This document shows positions 8,713 to 17,969 of a stretch of 64,000 bases of DNA, one piece after another. The DNA comes from an uncultured Alphaproteobacteria bacterium (GTDB taxonomy: Bacteria > Pseudomonadota > Alphaproteobacteria > HIMB59 > GCA-002718135). Below the pieces are notes generated by a model, which did no database searches, had not been told where the DNA came from, and was given only the letters and a program-made list of their open reading frames with translations. The DNA is taken from contig CACHSZ010000002.1 in the NCBI GenBank assembly GCA_902582755.1, positions 80,151 through 144,150 on the forward strand, read 5' to 3'. The translations under genes were made by a program, and so were the position numbers. Each line of letters begins with the position of its first letter. Within the stretch, counting starts at the first letter, position 1.

Positions 8713-9758
8713 GACATAAACTTCCTTAGTACTTTAGCAGAATCTTCTGGCAATACATCCATTATGAAAACACCAGCCATTGACTCAGAACCTGCTAATA
8801 TTTTTGGTTTATCACCGTGTCGTAAAGGTGGATAAAACTCAACGTGAAAATGAAAATGACTATCATCTAATTCAGGTGAAGCATGTAAACCCATTATATA
8901 CGGACATCTTTTATTGAGAAAAGTATCATAACCTTTCACTACTTTTCGAATACATTTAGAAAAATCTTCAATTTGCTTATCATTAAATTTCCATGGTCCT
9001 TCAATTTGAATTTTTGGTATTATCCATATCTCATAAGCATATCTAGCAAAGGGCGGTACGGCAGCAATAAAATTGTCATTTTGATATACATAATATTTTT
9101 CTTCTAGCTGCTTCATAATTTTAATTAAAAAATTCTCTTTTTTAAATGCTCTTATTTCTTTTTCTATTACTGGAGGAATAAAGGGATATGCATAAATTTG
9201 ACCATGTGGGTGATGAAGTGTAACACCACATTCTTCGCCTCTATTTTCAAAAGGGAGAATATATTTAACATCTGTTTTTTTTAGTAATTCAATGTATCTA
9301 TCAATCCAAACTTTAGTCAATAATTCTATTCTCTCTAAAGGCATTTCAGAAATAGTATCCAGATGTTCTGGTGAATACACAACTACCTCGCATTCTCCTT
9401 TCGAAGGTTTACTTAAAATATTTTCTAAAAATATATCTTCTCCCTGCGAATTAAAACTAGCCCATCGATTTGGAAAGACAGCAACCTCGAAATCTGAAAA
9501 TGGAATTTCAGTTGGATAATTTAAGTTTGCTCCTGGACAAAGAGGACAATATTCTTTTGGTGGAAATGAAGTTCTATCTTTTCTTCCTGCAGAGTAAGTA
9601 ACCCATTCCTCTCTTGAAGGATTCCATCGCATATGGGGTTTTGGAATTTCTGTTATCTCAAGTTGTTGGCTAGGGGTTTCTATGTGTTCTTTATAACCAT
9701 AAAGATAAAGTTCTTTTTGGTCATTTCTTACAAAAATTCTTTTATGTACTTGATTCAC
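8709..9758 (-). CDS. galT: galactose-1-phosphate uridylyltransferase (HIT superfamily, GalT type)
   Basis: Zinc site CPLCPG and active-site HHPHGQIY (HxHxQ). Overlaps sufE by 4 nt. Confidence 0.85.
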   Translation of the reverse strand: MNQVHKRIFVRNDQKELYLYGYKEHIETPSQQLEITEIPKPHMRWNPSREEWVTYSAGRKDRTSFPPKEYCPLCPGANLNYPTEIPFSDFEVAVFPNRWASFNSQGEDIFLENILSKPSKGECEVVVYSPEHLDTISEMPLERIELLTKVWIDRYIELLKKTDVKYILPFENRGEECGVTLHHPHGQIYAYPFIPPVIEKEIRAFKKENFLIKIMKQLEEKYYVYQNDNFIAAVPPFARYAYEIWIIPKIQIEGPWKFNDKQIEDFSKCIRKVVKGYDTFLNKRCPYIMGLHASPELDDSHFHFHVEFYPPLRHGDKPKILAGSESMAGVFIMDVLPEDSAKVLRKFMS

Positions 9759-10725
9759 TAATTTTTTCTTCCCATTTAATTGATGAATTAATAATTTCGT
9801 TTAGATCATTATATTTTGGTCTCCAATCAATATGTTTTAATATTTTTGAATTATCTGCAATTAATTTTTCAACATCACCATCTCTTCTATTTGAAAATTT
9901 ATAATTTATTTTATTTTGTGAGATTTTATTTGCAGTATTTATAACATCCAAAACACTAAAACCGTTTCCATAACCACAATTAAATAAATTAGATTCTGAA
10001 CCTTTTAATAAATATTTTGCTACTTCTAAATGGATATCAGCAAGATCGGAGACATGAACATAGTCTCTTATAGCTGTACCATCAGGAGTATTATAATCAT
10101 TGCCAAATATTTCAATATGATCTCTTTTACCTAAAACAACCTCAGATAAAATTTTAATTAAATGTGTCGATCTTTTAGATATTTGTCCTGATCTTAATTT
10201 TTTATCAGCACCTGCAACATTAAAGTATCGTAATATTATAAATTTGAAGTCATCCTTATTTTCAATTAAAAAATTTTCTGTTTTTATTTTAGATTCAGCA
10301 TATGGATTTTGAGGATTTAAATTTGTATTTTCATCAATTAATTTATTTTCACTTAGTAATCCGTATGCGGCAGCTGTTGAAGAAAAAACTATTTTATTTA
10401 ATCCATTATTTTTACAAGTTACAAATAATTTAGTTGCATTTTCAGTATTATTATCAAAATATTTCTGAGGATTTTTGACAGATTCCTCAACTTGAATAAA
10501 ACCGGCAAAGTGCATTAAAATATCAAACTTACTAGATTTTATTATCTTCGAAATTATTTTATCATCATTAATATTACATTTTGTAAAATATGCATTTTTA
10601 GGAATGAGACTTTCATTTCCAGTAGATAAATCATCAATAATATGAACATTGTGACCAGCATCCAGAAGAGAAAGAGCTGCATGACTTCCTATATATCCAG
10701 CTCCACCAGTTAAAAGAAAATTCAT
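9742..10725 (-). CDS. galE: UDP-glucose 4-epimerase
   Basis: Rossmann motif LLTGGAGYIGSH, catalytic YAESK (YxxxK), and the size of an extended SDR. Confidence 0.88.
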   Translation of the reverse strand: MNFLLTGGAGYIGSHAALSLLDAGHNVHIIDDLSTGNESLIPKNAYFTKCNINDDKIISKIIKSSKFDILMHFAGFIQVEESVKNPQKYFDNNTENATKLFVTCKNNGLNKIVFSSTAAAYGLLSENKLIDENTNLNPQNPYAESKIKTENFLIENKDDFKFIILRYFNVAGADKKLRSGQISKRSTHLIKILSEVVLGKRDHIEIFGNDYNTPDGTAIRDYVHVSDLADIHLEVAKYLLKGSESNLFNCGYGNGFSVLDVINTANKISQNKINYKFSNRRDGDVEKLIADNSKILKHIDWRPKYNDLNEIINSSIKWEEKISESST

Positions 10726-10862
10726 ATATGTATCTAATAAATTATTATTTATTAATTTAAAATTGATATATTTTGTAAATGACTACTATTATGAACTTCT
10801 TTATTTATTGAATTCAAAATAAAGTCTGTTAATGCTAAAAAAAAGACATATCATACTGACAT

Positions 10863-11600
10863 ATGAGATTAGATAAAAAAAATATAATAGTTACAGCAGC
10901 TGCACAAGGTATTGGAAGAGCAACAGCCATTAAATTTGCAAATGAGGGAGCTAAGGTTTTAGCAACTGATATTAATGAAGATAAACTTAAAGAATTAAAA
11001 AATGAGAATGAAAGTATCCAAACTATAAAATTAGATTCAACAAATAAAAATGATGTTGCAACCTTTTGCGCCTCTGTAGATAAGGTTGATGTTTTATTTC
11101 ATGCTGTAGGTTTTGTTCACCATGGAACAATTCTTGATTGTGATGAAAATGAATTTTTACGATCAATCAATGTCAATATATTTTCTGCATATTTAATGAC
11201 GTACAACCTTTTACCAAAAATGTTGAAAGCAAAGAAAGGTAATATAGTTATTGTTTCTTCTGCTGCATCTAGTGTTAAAGGTGTACCTAATAGGTTTATC
11301 TATGGAACTACAAAAGCAGCATTAAATGGTTTTGTTAAAGCTGTAGCTATTGATCATATAAAAGAGGGAATTCGCTGTAATGCCATTTTGCCAGGAACTG
11401 TTGAAACACCTTCTTGGGAAGGTAGAGTTAATATGGCCGATGATCCTGTTAAGGCAAGATCAGACTTTATAGCACGACAGGCTATGGGTAGATTGGCACA
11501 ACCAGAAGAGATAGCATCGCTTGCAACTTACTTAGCTAGTGACGAATCAGATTTTGTTACTGGAACATTAAATTTAATTGATGGAGGATGGACTTTATAA
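10863..11600 (+). CDS. short-chain dehydrogenase/reductase (classical SDR)
   Basis: VTAAAQGIG cofactor motif, catalytic YGTTK (YxxxK), 245 aa. Confidence 0.85.
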   Translation: MRLDKKNIIVTAAAQGIGRATAIKFANEGAKVLATDINEDKLKELKNENESIQTIKLDSTNKNDVATFCASVDKVDVLFHAVGFVHHGTILDCDENEFLRSINVNIFSAYLMTYNLLPKMLKAKKGNIVIVSSAASSVKGVPNRFIYGTTKAALNGFVKAVAIDHIKEGIRCNAILPGTVETPSWEGRVNMADDPVKARSDFIARQAMGRLAQPEEIASLATYLASDESDFVTGTLNLIDGGWTL

Positions 11601-12448
11601 TGAAAACTTTAAGATACAGAATTGGAAATGAAGTTAAGCCAGGAATACTTGATCAAGAAGGGAATATCCGTGATGTATCATCTCTTGTCATGGATTGGGA
11701 TAATAAAAATGTAACTATTGACAAATTGAATGAAGTGAAAAAAATTGATCCTACATCTTTACCTCTAGTTGAAAACAGTGATGGATATGCACCTTGTGTT
11801 CGTAAAGAAAGTATAGGAAAATTTATTTGTATCGGCCTAAATTATTCTGATCATGCTGAAGAAACAGGCCAGAAAGTTCCACCTGAACCAATTATTTTTG
11901 CAAAAGCAACAAGTGCCGTTATTGGACCAAACGATGATGTTGAGATTCCAAAAAAATCAGTAAAATCTGACTGGGAAGTTGAGCTTGGTGTTATTATTGG
12001 AAAAGAAGCAAAATATATTTCTGAGAGCGAATCACAATCTCATATTGCTGGATACTGTGTCATCAATGATCTCAGCGAAAGAGAATTTCAAATAGAACAT
12101 TCCGGTCAATGGGTTAAAGGAAAGTCTTGTGACACATTTGGTCCAATCGGACCATATTTGGTTACTACCGATGAAGTACCAGAACCTCAAAACTTAAAAA
12201 TGTGGCTTGATGTAAATGGTAAAAGAATGCAAGATGGATCAACAAGCACAATGGTTTACGGAGTAAACTTTTTAATAAGTTATTTAAGTCAATTCATGTC
12301 ATTACAACCTGGAGATATCATCTCAACAGGCACACCGCCAGGAGTTGGAATGGGAATGAAACCACAAGTATTTTTAAAAGCAGGTGATGTAATGAAACTT
12401 GGTATTGAGGGTTTGGGAGAACAAACTCAAAAAACTATTCAGGCGTAA
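11600..12448 (+). CDS. fumarylacetoacetate hydrolase (FAH)-family hydrolase
   Basis: GLNYSDHAEE, WEVELGVIIG and GTPPGVG motifs. I prefer ATG 11600 (TAATG coupling, GGAGGA upstream) over the track start 11588. Confidence 0.85.
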   Translation: MKTLRYRIGNEVKPGILDQEGNIRDVSSLVMDWDNKNVTIDKLNEVKKIDPTSLPLVENSDGYAPCVRKESIGKFICIGLNYSDHAEETGQKVPPEPIIFAKATSAVIGPNDDVEIPKKSVKSDWEVELGVIIGKEAKYISESESQSHIAGYCVINDLSEREFQIEHSGQWVKGKSCDTFGPIGPYLVTTDEVPEPQNLKMWLDVNGKRMQDGSTSTMVYGVNFLISYLSQFMSLQPGDIISTGTPPGVGMGMKPQVFLKAGDVMKLGIEGLGEQTQKTIQA

Positions 12449-13602
12449 TGTTTGGCAATATTAATAATTGTCATAATGTTAAAGATTTTAGAAACTTAGC
12501 AAAAAAAAGACTGCCTAGTCCAATATTCCATTACATCGATGGTGCTGCTGATGATGAGATAACTTATAAAAGAAATACAGATGCCTATGAGCAATGTGAC
12601 TTGATTCCAAATGTATTAAGTGGCGTTGATAAAGTTGATATGTCAACTACTGTAATGGGACAAAAGTTAGATATGCCTTTGTATTGTGCACCAACTGCTC
12701 TTCAAAGATTGTTTCATCATGAAGGTGAAATTGGAGTTGCAAAAGCTGCAGAAAAATTTGGAACAATGTTTGGAATTTCTTCTTTAGGGACTGCTAGCAT
12801 TGAAGAAATATCAAATTTAGTCAAAACACCAAAATTATTTCAACTTTATGTTCACAAAGACAAAGGTTTGAACAAAGCTCTTATAGAAAGATGTAAAGAA
12901 TCAAATTTTGAAGCAATGGCTGTGACTGTAGATACTGCTGTTGGAGGAAACCGTGAACGAGATTTGTATACAGGTTTTACAATTCCAATGAAGTTAAAAC
13001 TTAATAGTGTCTTAAGTTTTATGCTCCACCCAAAATGGGCAGTAGATTATTTTATAAAACCAAAATGGGAATTAAGTAATCTAAAGGATCACATTAATGA
13101 AGGCACAACAGTAATGACAACCATAGGAGATTACTTCACAAAAATGCTTGATAATTCCATGAGTTGGAAAGATGTAGAAAATATTAATAAAGAGTGGGGA
13201 CGACATTTTGCAATTAAAGGGGTGATGTCCGTAGACGATGCAAAAAAAGCTGTAGATGTAGGTGCGTCAGCCATAATGGTTTCAAATCATGGAGGTCGAC
13301 AATTAGATGGCTCTAGATCACCATTTGATCAACTAGCTGAAATTGTTGATGCTGTTGGAGATAAAATAGATGTAATTTGCGAAGGAGGAATCAGAAGAGG
13401 TACTCATGTTTTAAAAGCACTGTCACTTGGTGCAAAAGCTTGTTCTGGTGGAAGAATGTATTTATATGCTTTAGCAGCAGGAGGTCAAAAAGGTGTTGAA
13501 AAAAGTTTATCTAATTTACGTAATGAAATTGAACGAGATATGAAATTAATGGGAGTTTCTAACGTAAAAGAACTAACAAGAAAAAATCTCAAATTCAGAT
13601 AA
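12448..13602 (+). CDS. FMN-dependent alpha-hydroxy acid dehydrogenase (L-lactate dehydrogenase/glycolate oxidase type)
   Basis: 384 aa with the SNHGGRQLD signature and TIM-barrel FMN_dh features. TAATG overlap with the upstream gene. Confidence 0.85.
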   Translation: MFGNINNCHNVKDFRNLAKKRLPSPIFHYIDGAADDEITYKRNTDAYEQCDLIPNVLSGVDKVDMSTTVMGQKLDMPLYCAPTALQRLFHHEGEIGVAKAAEKFGTMFGISSLGTASIEEISNLVKTPKLFQLYVHKDKGLNKALIERCKESNFEAMAVTVDTAVGGNRERDLYTGFTIPMKLKLNSVLSFMLHPKWAVDYFIKPKWELSNLKDHINEGTTVMTTIGDYFTKMLDNSMSWKDVENINKEWGRHFAIKGVMSVDDAKKAVDVGASAIMVSNHGGRQLDGSRSPFDQLAEIVDAVGDKIDVICEGGIRRGTHVLKALSLGAKACSGGRMYLYALAAGGQKGVEKSLSNLRNEIERDMKLMGVSNVKELTRKNLKFR

Positions 13603-13662
13603 ATCAACAACTTTCTTAAAAAAAATATTTATTCTAATTCAATTTTATTTTACAAATTTTTT

Positions 13663-13983
13663 ATGAATGATGAAATTGAACCAATCCTAGTTGGTGAAAC
13701 TGATGATATTGAAGTTGGAACTGTGGAGAGTTTTGAACATGACGATTTTAATTACGCGGTCTATCATTTAGAGCCAGGATTTTTTTGTACACAAGGAAAC
13801 TGTAATTGCGAGGAGAAAGCACCTTTAAGTGAATCTGAAATTGAAGGAGAAGAGTTAGAGTGTGTTGGTTGTGGTAATACTTATAGTATTGTTTCGGGTG
13901 ATTGTATTAGTGATCCTGAATTAGAGGGCCTTAAGATCTTTGACATCTCCGAAGAGGATGGAAATATTTACTTAAATATCTAA
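13663..13983 (+). CDS. acidic Cys-rich protein with Rieske-fold-like pattern (all-Cys variant)
   Basis: 106 aa. C47-N-C49-x17-C67-V-G-C70 reproduces the spacing of the Rieske CxH-x(15-17)-CxxH motif with both His replaced by Cys. The flanking pattern (LxCxxCGxxYxxxxGxxxxxP...LKxFxxxxxxGxIY) is Rieske-ferredoxin-like. Confidence 0.5.
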   Translation: MNDEIEPILVGETDDIEVGTVESFEHDDFNYAVYHLEPGFFCTQGNCNCEEKAPLSESEIEGEELECVGCGNTYSIVSGDCISDPELEGLKIFDISEEDGNIYLNI

Positions 13984-14945
13984 CTTATAATATTAAGATT
14001 TATAATATTATTTTTGTTTAAATTTTTACTTTTAGTTAAAAAATCAAAAACATTTTCACACGACTCTACAGACATCCTTTTTCTGCATTCTAGAGTTAAA
14101 GCAGCATTATGTGGTGTCAACAAAGTATTACTTAAAGAAAATAGTTTATGTTTTTCTATTGGTGGCTCTTTTTCAAATACATCAACACCAGCTCCAAAGA
14201 TTTTTTTATTTTTTAACGCTTCATATAAGGCATCTTCATTAATTATACCACCTCTTGCTGTATTAATTAAAATCATATTAGATTTAAAGGTTTCAAATTG
14301 ATCAAAAGAAATCAAATTTTTAGTTTCTTCATTTAAAGGTAAATGGATACTTACATAATCAGCAATCTTAAAACCTTCTTCTTTATTGATTGGAATACAT
14401 TTATTATTTTTTATTTCTTCATCTGAAAGAAATGGATCATGAACATAAATTTCCATTTCAAACCCACTACATCTTTTTGCTAGAGCTTTTCCTATTCGAC
14501 CAAAACCAAGAATTAAAATTTTTTTATTATAGAGTTCAAAGTAGTCGGGTAGATTTCCCTTTTCTTGAAATTTACCTAATTTAACTAATCTATCTGATTC
14601 AAAAATATTTTTTGTTAAACAAAGCATCATTGTCATTACATGTTCAGCTACGCTGGTCGCATTTGCTTTTCCAGTAATGGCCATAGCTATTTTATTATTA
14701 TTTAAATATTGAGTATCCACATTGTCATAGCCAACACCGTGTCTAGCAACAATTTTTAGATTCTTTGCTTTTGAGAGAATATTTTTATTTAGTTCTGCCG
14801 TTCTTACGACAATACCATCCACATCTTTTAATTTTTCTATTAGATGATATTCATCACTATTATTAGTGACAAAGTATTCAATATTATTTTTATCAAATAT
14901 CTCATATCCACTAGGATGAATTTCACCAACAACCCCAACTTTCAT
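13980..14945 (-). CDS. D-isomer-specific 2-hydroxyacid dehydrogenase (phosphoglycerate dehydrogenase-like)
   Basis: NAD motif GFGRIGKALAKR with catalytic R/E/H contexts NTARGGII, DVFEKEP and TPHNAA. Confidence 0.85.
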   Translation of the reverse strand: MKVGVVGEIHPSGYEIFDKNNIEYFVTNNSDEYHLIEKLKDVDGIVVRTAELNKNILSKAKNLKIVARHGVGYDNVDTQYLNNNKIAMAITGKANATSVAEHVMTMMLCLTKNIFESDRLVKLGKFQEKGNLPDYFELYNKKILILGFGRIGKALAKRCSGFEMEIYVHDPFLSDEEIKNNKCIPINKEEGFKIADYVSIHLPLNEETKNLISFDQFETFKSNMILINTARGGIINEDALYEALKNKKIFGAGVDVFEKEPPIEKHKLFSLSNTLLTPHNAALTLECRKRMSVESCENVFDFLTKSKNLNKNNIINLNIIS

Positions 14946-15045
14946 GAATAATTTTATATTCTAAAATATTAGAAAAATAAATTGTTTAACTCTTTAAATT
15001 ATTTTTTTATTATAATAGTATGTATTTTTTTTGTGAAAGGAACAT

Positions 15046-16890
15046 ATGAAAACAGTTAGAATGTCATGTTCACATGCATTAATTAAATATTTAACTATGC
15101 AAAAAATTTTAATTAATGGAAAAAAAGAACCACTATTTCCAGGTGCTTTCGGTATTTATGGCCATGGTAATGTTGCTTGTATTGGACAAGCTATGGAAGA
15201 ATATCAAAATGAACTTCCTGGATACAGAGGTCATCATGAACAAAATATGGCACTAACAGGTATTGCATATGCTCGTGCCAAAAGAAGACAACAAATATTT
15301 GTAGCAACTTCATCTGTTGGACCTGGTTCTACTAATATGGTTACAGCTGCTGCAGTTGCTTTAAGTAATAGACTTCCAATTTTACTTTTACCAGGTGATA
15401 CATTTTCTAGTCGTTTTCCGGATCCTGTTTTACAACAAGTAGAACATTTTAATTCTCCCTCAGAAACTCAAAATGATTCATTTAAATCTGTATCAAGATA
15501 TTTTGATCGAATTACTAGGCCTGAACAAATTTTAACATCTTTACCTCAGGCAATTAATGTAATGCTTGATCCTGCAGACTGTGGCCCAGCAGTAATTTCT
15601 ATGTCTCAAGATGTTCAAGGAGAAGCCTATGATTATCCTGAAATCTTTTTTGAAGAAAAAATTCATGAAATTAGAAGAATTCATCCTGATCCAAATCAAA
15701 TACAAAAGGCAGCTGATAAATTAAAAAAATCTAAACAACCAATCATTATTTCAGGTGGAGGTGTTTTATATTCAGAAGCAGAAAAGGAAATTTCAGTTTT
15801 TGCAAAAAAACATAATATTCCTGTAACAGCAACCGTGATGGGTATTGGTTGTATGAAAAAAGATGATCCCTATTATATAAGTGCAATTGGATGTTTAGGA
15901 GAAGGCTCATCTAATAACCTTGCTACTGATACAGATTTAGCACTAGCTGTGGGAACAAAGTTAGGAGACTTTACAACTGGCTCTTGGACTAATTTTGAAA
16001 ATGAAAATTTTCAACTCGTATCAATAAATACTTCACGATTTGATACTACAAAACATCGCGCAACTCCTGTTGTAAGTGATGCAAAAATTGGACTTCAAGA
16101 ATTATCAAAGGCATTAGGAGATTGGAAAGCACCAGATAATTGGTACCAGCGTTCAATTGATGAAAGAAATAAATGGGATGAATATGTTACCAAAGAAAGT
16201 GGACCAACAAACCAAGAATTACCATCATATGCTCATGCTGTAGGTGCAGTTTACAGAAACTCAGATCCATCAGATATTGTAGTAACTGCAGCTGGAGGGT
16301 TAGTTGGCGAAGTGGTTCAAATATGGAAACCTAAAGAACTAAATACTTTTGAAACTGAATGGGGTTTTAGTTGCATGAGTTATGAAATATCAGGCGCACT
16401 TGGAATCAAAATGGCAAAACCTGAACAAGATGTAATTGTATTTGTAGGTGATGGTTCATATCTCTTACAAAATAGCGATATCTACAGTTCAGTTTTATAT
16501 GATAAAAAATTAATTATAGTTGTTTGTGATAATGGCGGTCACATGGTTATTAATAGATTGCAACTAGCAAAAGGTGGAAATGAATATCTTTGTAATCTCA
16601 ATGCAGCTAGGGCGACAAATGTACAGTTTGTAGATTTTGAGGCTCACGCAAAAAGTATGGGGGCAAATGGTGAGACTGTTAAATCCATTTCAGAGTTAGA
16701 GGCTGCTTTCAAAAGAGCAAAAGAATCAGACAAAACATATGTTATTTCTATGAAAACAGATGGGTATGAATGGTTAGAAGGGACAGCTTTCTGGGAAAGT
16801 CCAACACTTGAAGTAGATAATACCGAAGGTAAGAAATCAGCTCTTAATGAATTTTTAGAAGGAAAAAATAAACAACGTAAGGGTGTATAA
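15046..16890 (+). CDS. iolD: thiamine-diphosphate enzyme, IolD-like (3D-(3,5/4)-trihydroxycyclohexane-1,2-dione acylhydrolase family)
   Basis: 614 aa. N-terminal HALIKYL...FGIYGHGNV region. TPP motif GDGSYLL...CDNGG. The size and N-terminus fit IolD better than acetolactate synthase; an HMM search is needed to confirm the subfamily. Confidence 0.78.
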   Translation: MKTVRMSCSHALIKYLTMQKILINGKKEPLFPGAFGIYGHGNVACIGQAMEEYQNELPGYRGHHEQNMALTGIAYARAKRRQQIFVATSSVGPGSTNMVTAAAVALSNRLPILLLPGDTFSSRFPDPVLQQVEHFNSPSETQNDSFKSVSRYFDRITRPEQILTSLPQAINVMLDPADCGPAVISMSQDVQGEAYDYPEIFFEEKIHEIRRIHPDPNQIQKAADKLKKSKQPIIISGGGVLYSEAEKEISVFAKKHNIPVTATVMGIGCMKKDDPYYISAIGCLGEGSSNNLATDTDLALAVGTKLGDFTTGSWTNFENENFQLVSINTSRFDTTKHRATPVVSDAKIGLQELSKALGDWKAPDNWYQRSIDERNKWDEYVTKESGPTNQELPSYAHAVGAVYRNSDPSDIVVTAAGGLVGEVVQIWKPKELNTFETEWGFSCMSYEISGALGIKMAKPEQDVIVFVGDGSYLLQNSDIYSSVLYDKKLIIVVCDNGGHMVINRLQLAKGGNEYLCNLNAARATNVQFVDFEAHAKSMGANGETVKSISELEAAFKRAKESDKTYVISMKTDGYEWLEGTAFWESPTLEVDNTEGKKSALNEFLEGKNKQRKGV

Positions 16891-16919
16891 AAAAAATCTT
16901 CTTCTAAATTAAACATTGT

Positions 16920-17948
16920 ATGAGTCAAAACAAGCCTATAATTTTATTAGATCCATACCCAAGAACAATGGAGCTACTTTTTTCTAAAGAAAATTTACAA
17001 TATTTAAAAAAAAATTTTAAACTCATTACTGCTCCAAACAAAAATAAAAATAATTTTTATGAAAAAAACTTACCAAAGGCAGATTATATTTTTGGGCAAC
17101 CCAATTTACCTACATCTTTAATTTCTCAATCAACAAAACTTAAAGCAATATTTAATGTTGAAAGCAATTTTATGGACAATATGGATTACGATTATTGTTT
17201 TAGAAAAGGAATACATGTTTTAGCAACATCGCCTGTGTTTGCGCAACCTGTTGCTGAAATGGCAATGGGCCTTACTTTATCTATAGCCAGAAGTATTCAT
17301 ATCGCTCACTCAGACTTTATTTCAAAAAAAGAAAAATATGGTGGCGCGATAAGTCAGAATAATTTTTTAATAAAAAATAAAATATTTGGTTTAATTGGAT
17401 TTGGTGATTTAGCTAAATCACTTACTCCTATACTCAAAGCATTCTCTAATAATATCATTGCTTATGATCCTTGGGTTCCCAATAAAGAAATTGAAAAATT
17501 TGATGTTAACCCTACCAGTTTAAATTCATTACTCAAAAATGCTGACATAATTTATGTATTAGCTTCCATTACTTCCTCTAATGAATCTATGATTAATTCT
17601 TCTAAACTTAAATTAATAAAAGATGGATCAGTCTTTGTATTAATGAGTAGAGCAGCCATAATAAATTTTGATGATTTTTTTAATTTTTTAAAAAATAGAA
17701 ATGTGTTTGCTGCCATTGATGTTTTTCCACAAGAACCATTTCCTAAAAATCATAAATTAAGAAAACTCAAAAATGTAATTTTTTCACCGCATAGGGCTGG
17801 TGCATTAGACAGTGCGTTTAAAGAGATGGGTGAATTAGTAATTCAAGATTTAAAACTTATTTCAAAAGGCTTACCTCCGAAATTATGTAAAAAAGCTGAA
17901 AGAGAAACTGTTAAATATTTACGATCAAAACCAGTTGATATTAATTAA
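16920..17948 (+). CDS. D-2-hydroxyacid dehydrogenase-family NAD-binding protein
   Basis: GLIGFGDLAKS dinucleotide motif with R/E/H contexts SRAAII, DVFPQEP and SPHRAG. Confidence 0.75.
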   Translation: MSQNKPIILLDPYPRTMELLFSKENLQYLKKNFKLITAPNKNKNNFYEKNLPKADYIFGQPNLPTSLISQSTKLKAIFNVESNFMDNMDYDYCFRKGIHVLATSPVFAQPVAEMAMGLTLSIARSIHIAHSDFISKKEKYGGAISQNNFLIKNKIFGLIGFGDLAKSLTPILKAFSNNIIAYDPWVPNKEIEKFDVNPTSLNSLLKNADIIYVLASITSSNESMINSSKLKLIKDGSVFVLMSRAAIINFDDFFNFLKNRNVFAAIDVFPQEPFPKNHKLRKLKNVIFSPHRAGALDSAFKEMGELVIQDLKLISKGLPPKLCKKAERETVKYLRSKPVDIN

Positions 17949-17969
17949 AATTTATTTAAAAACACACTT

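Noticed and set aside
14014-14584. Plus-strand ORFs 14014-14301 and 14390-14584.
   Set aside because: They are antisense to the D-2-hydroxyacid dehydrogenase gene (GFGRIGK motif and catalytic R/E/H on the minus strand).
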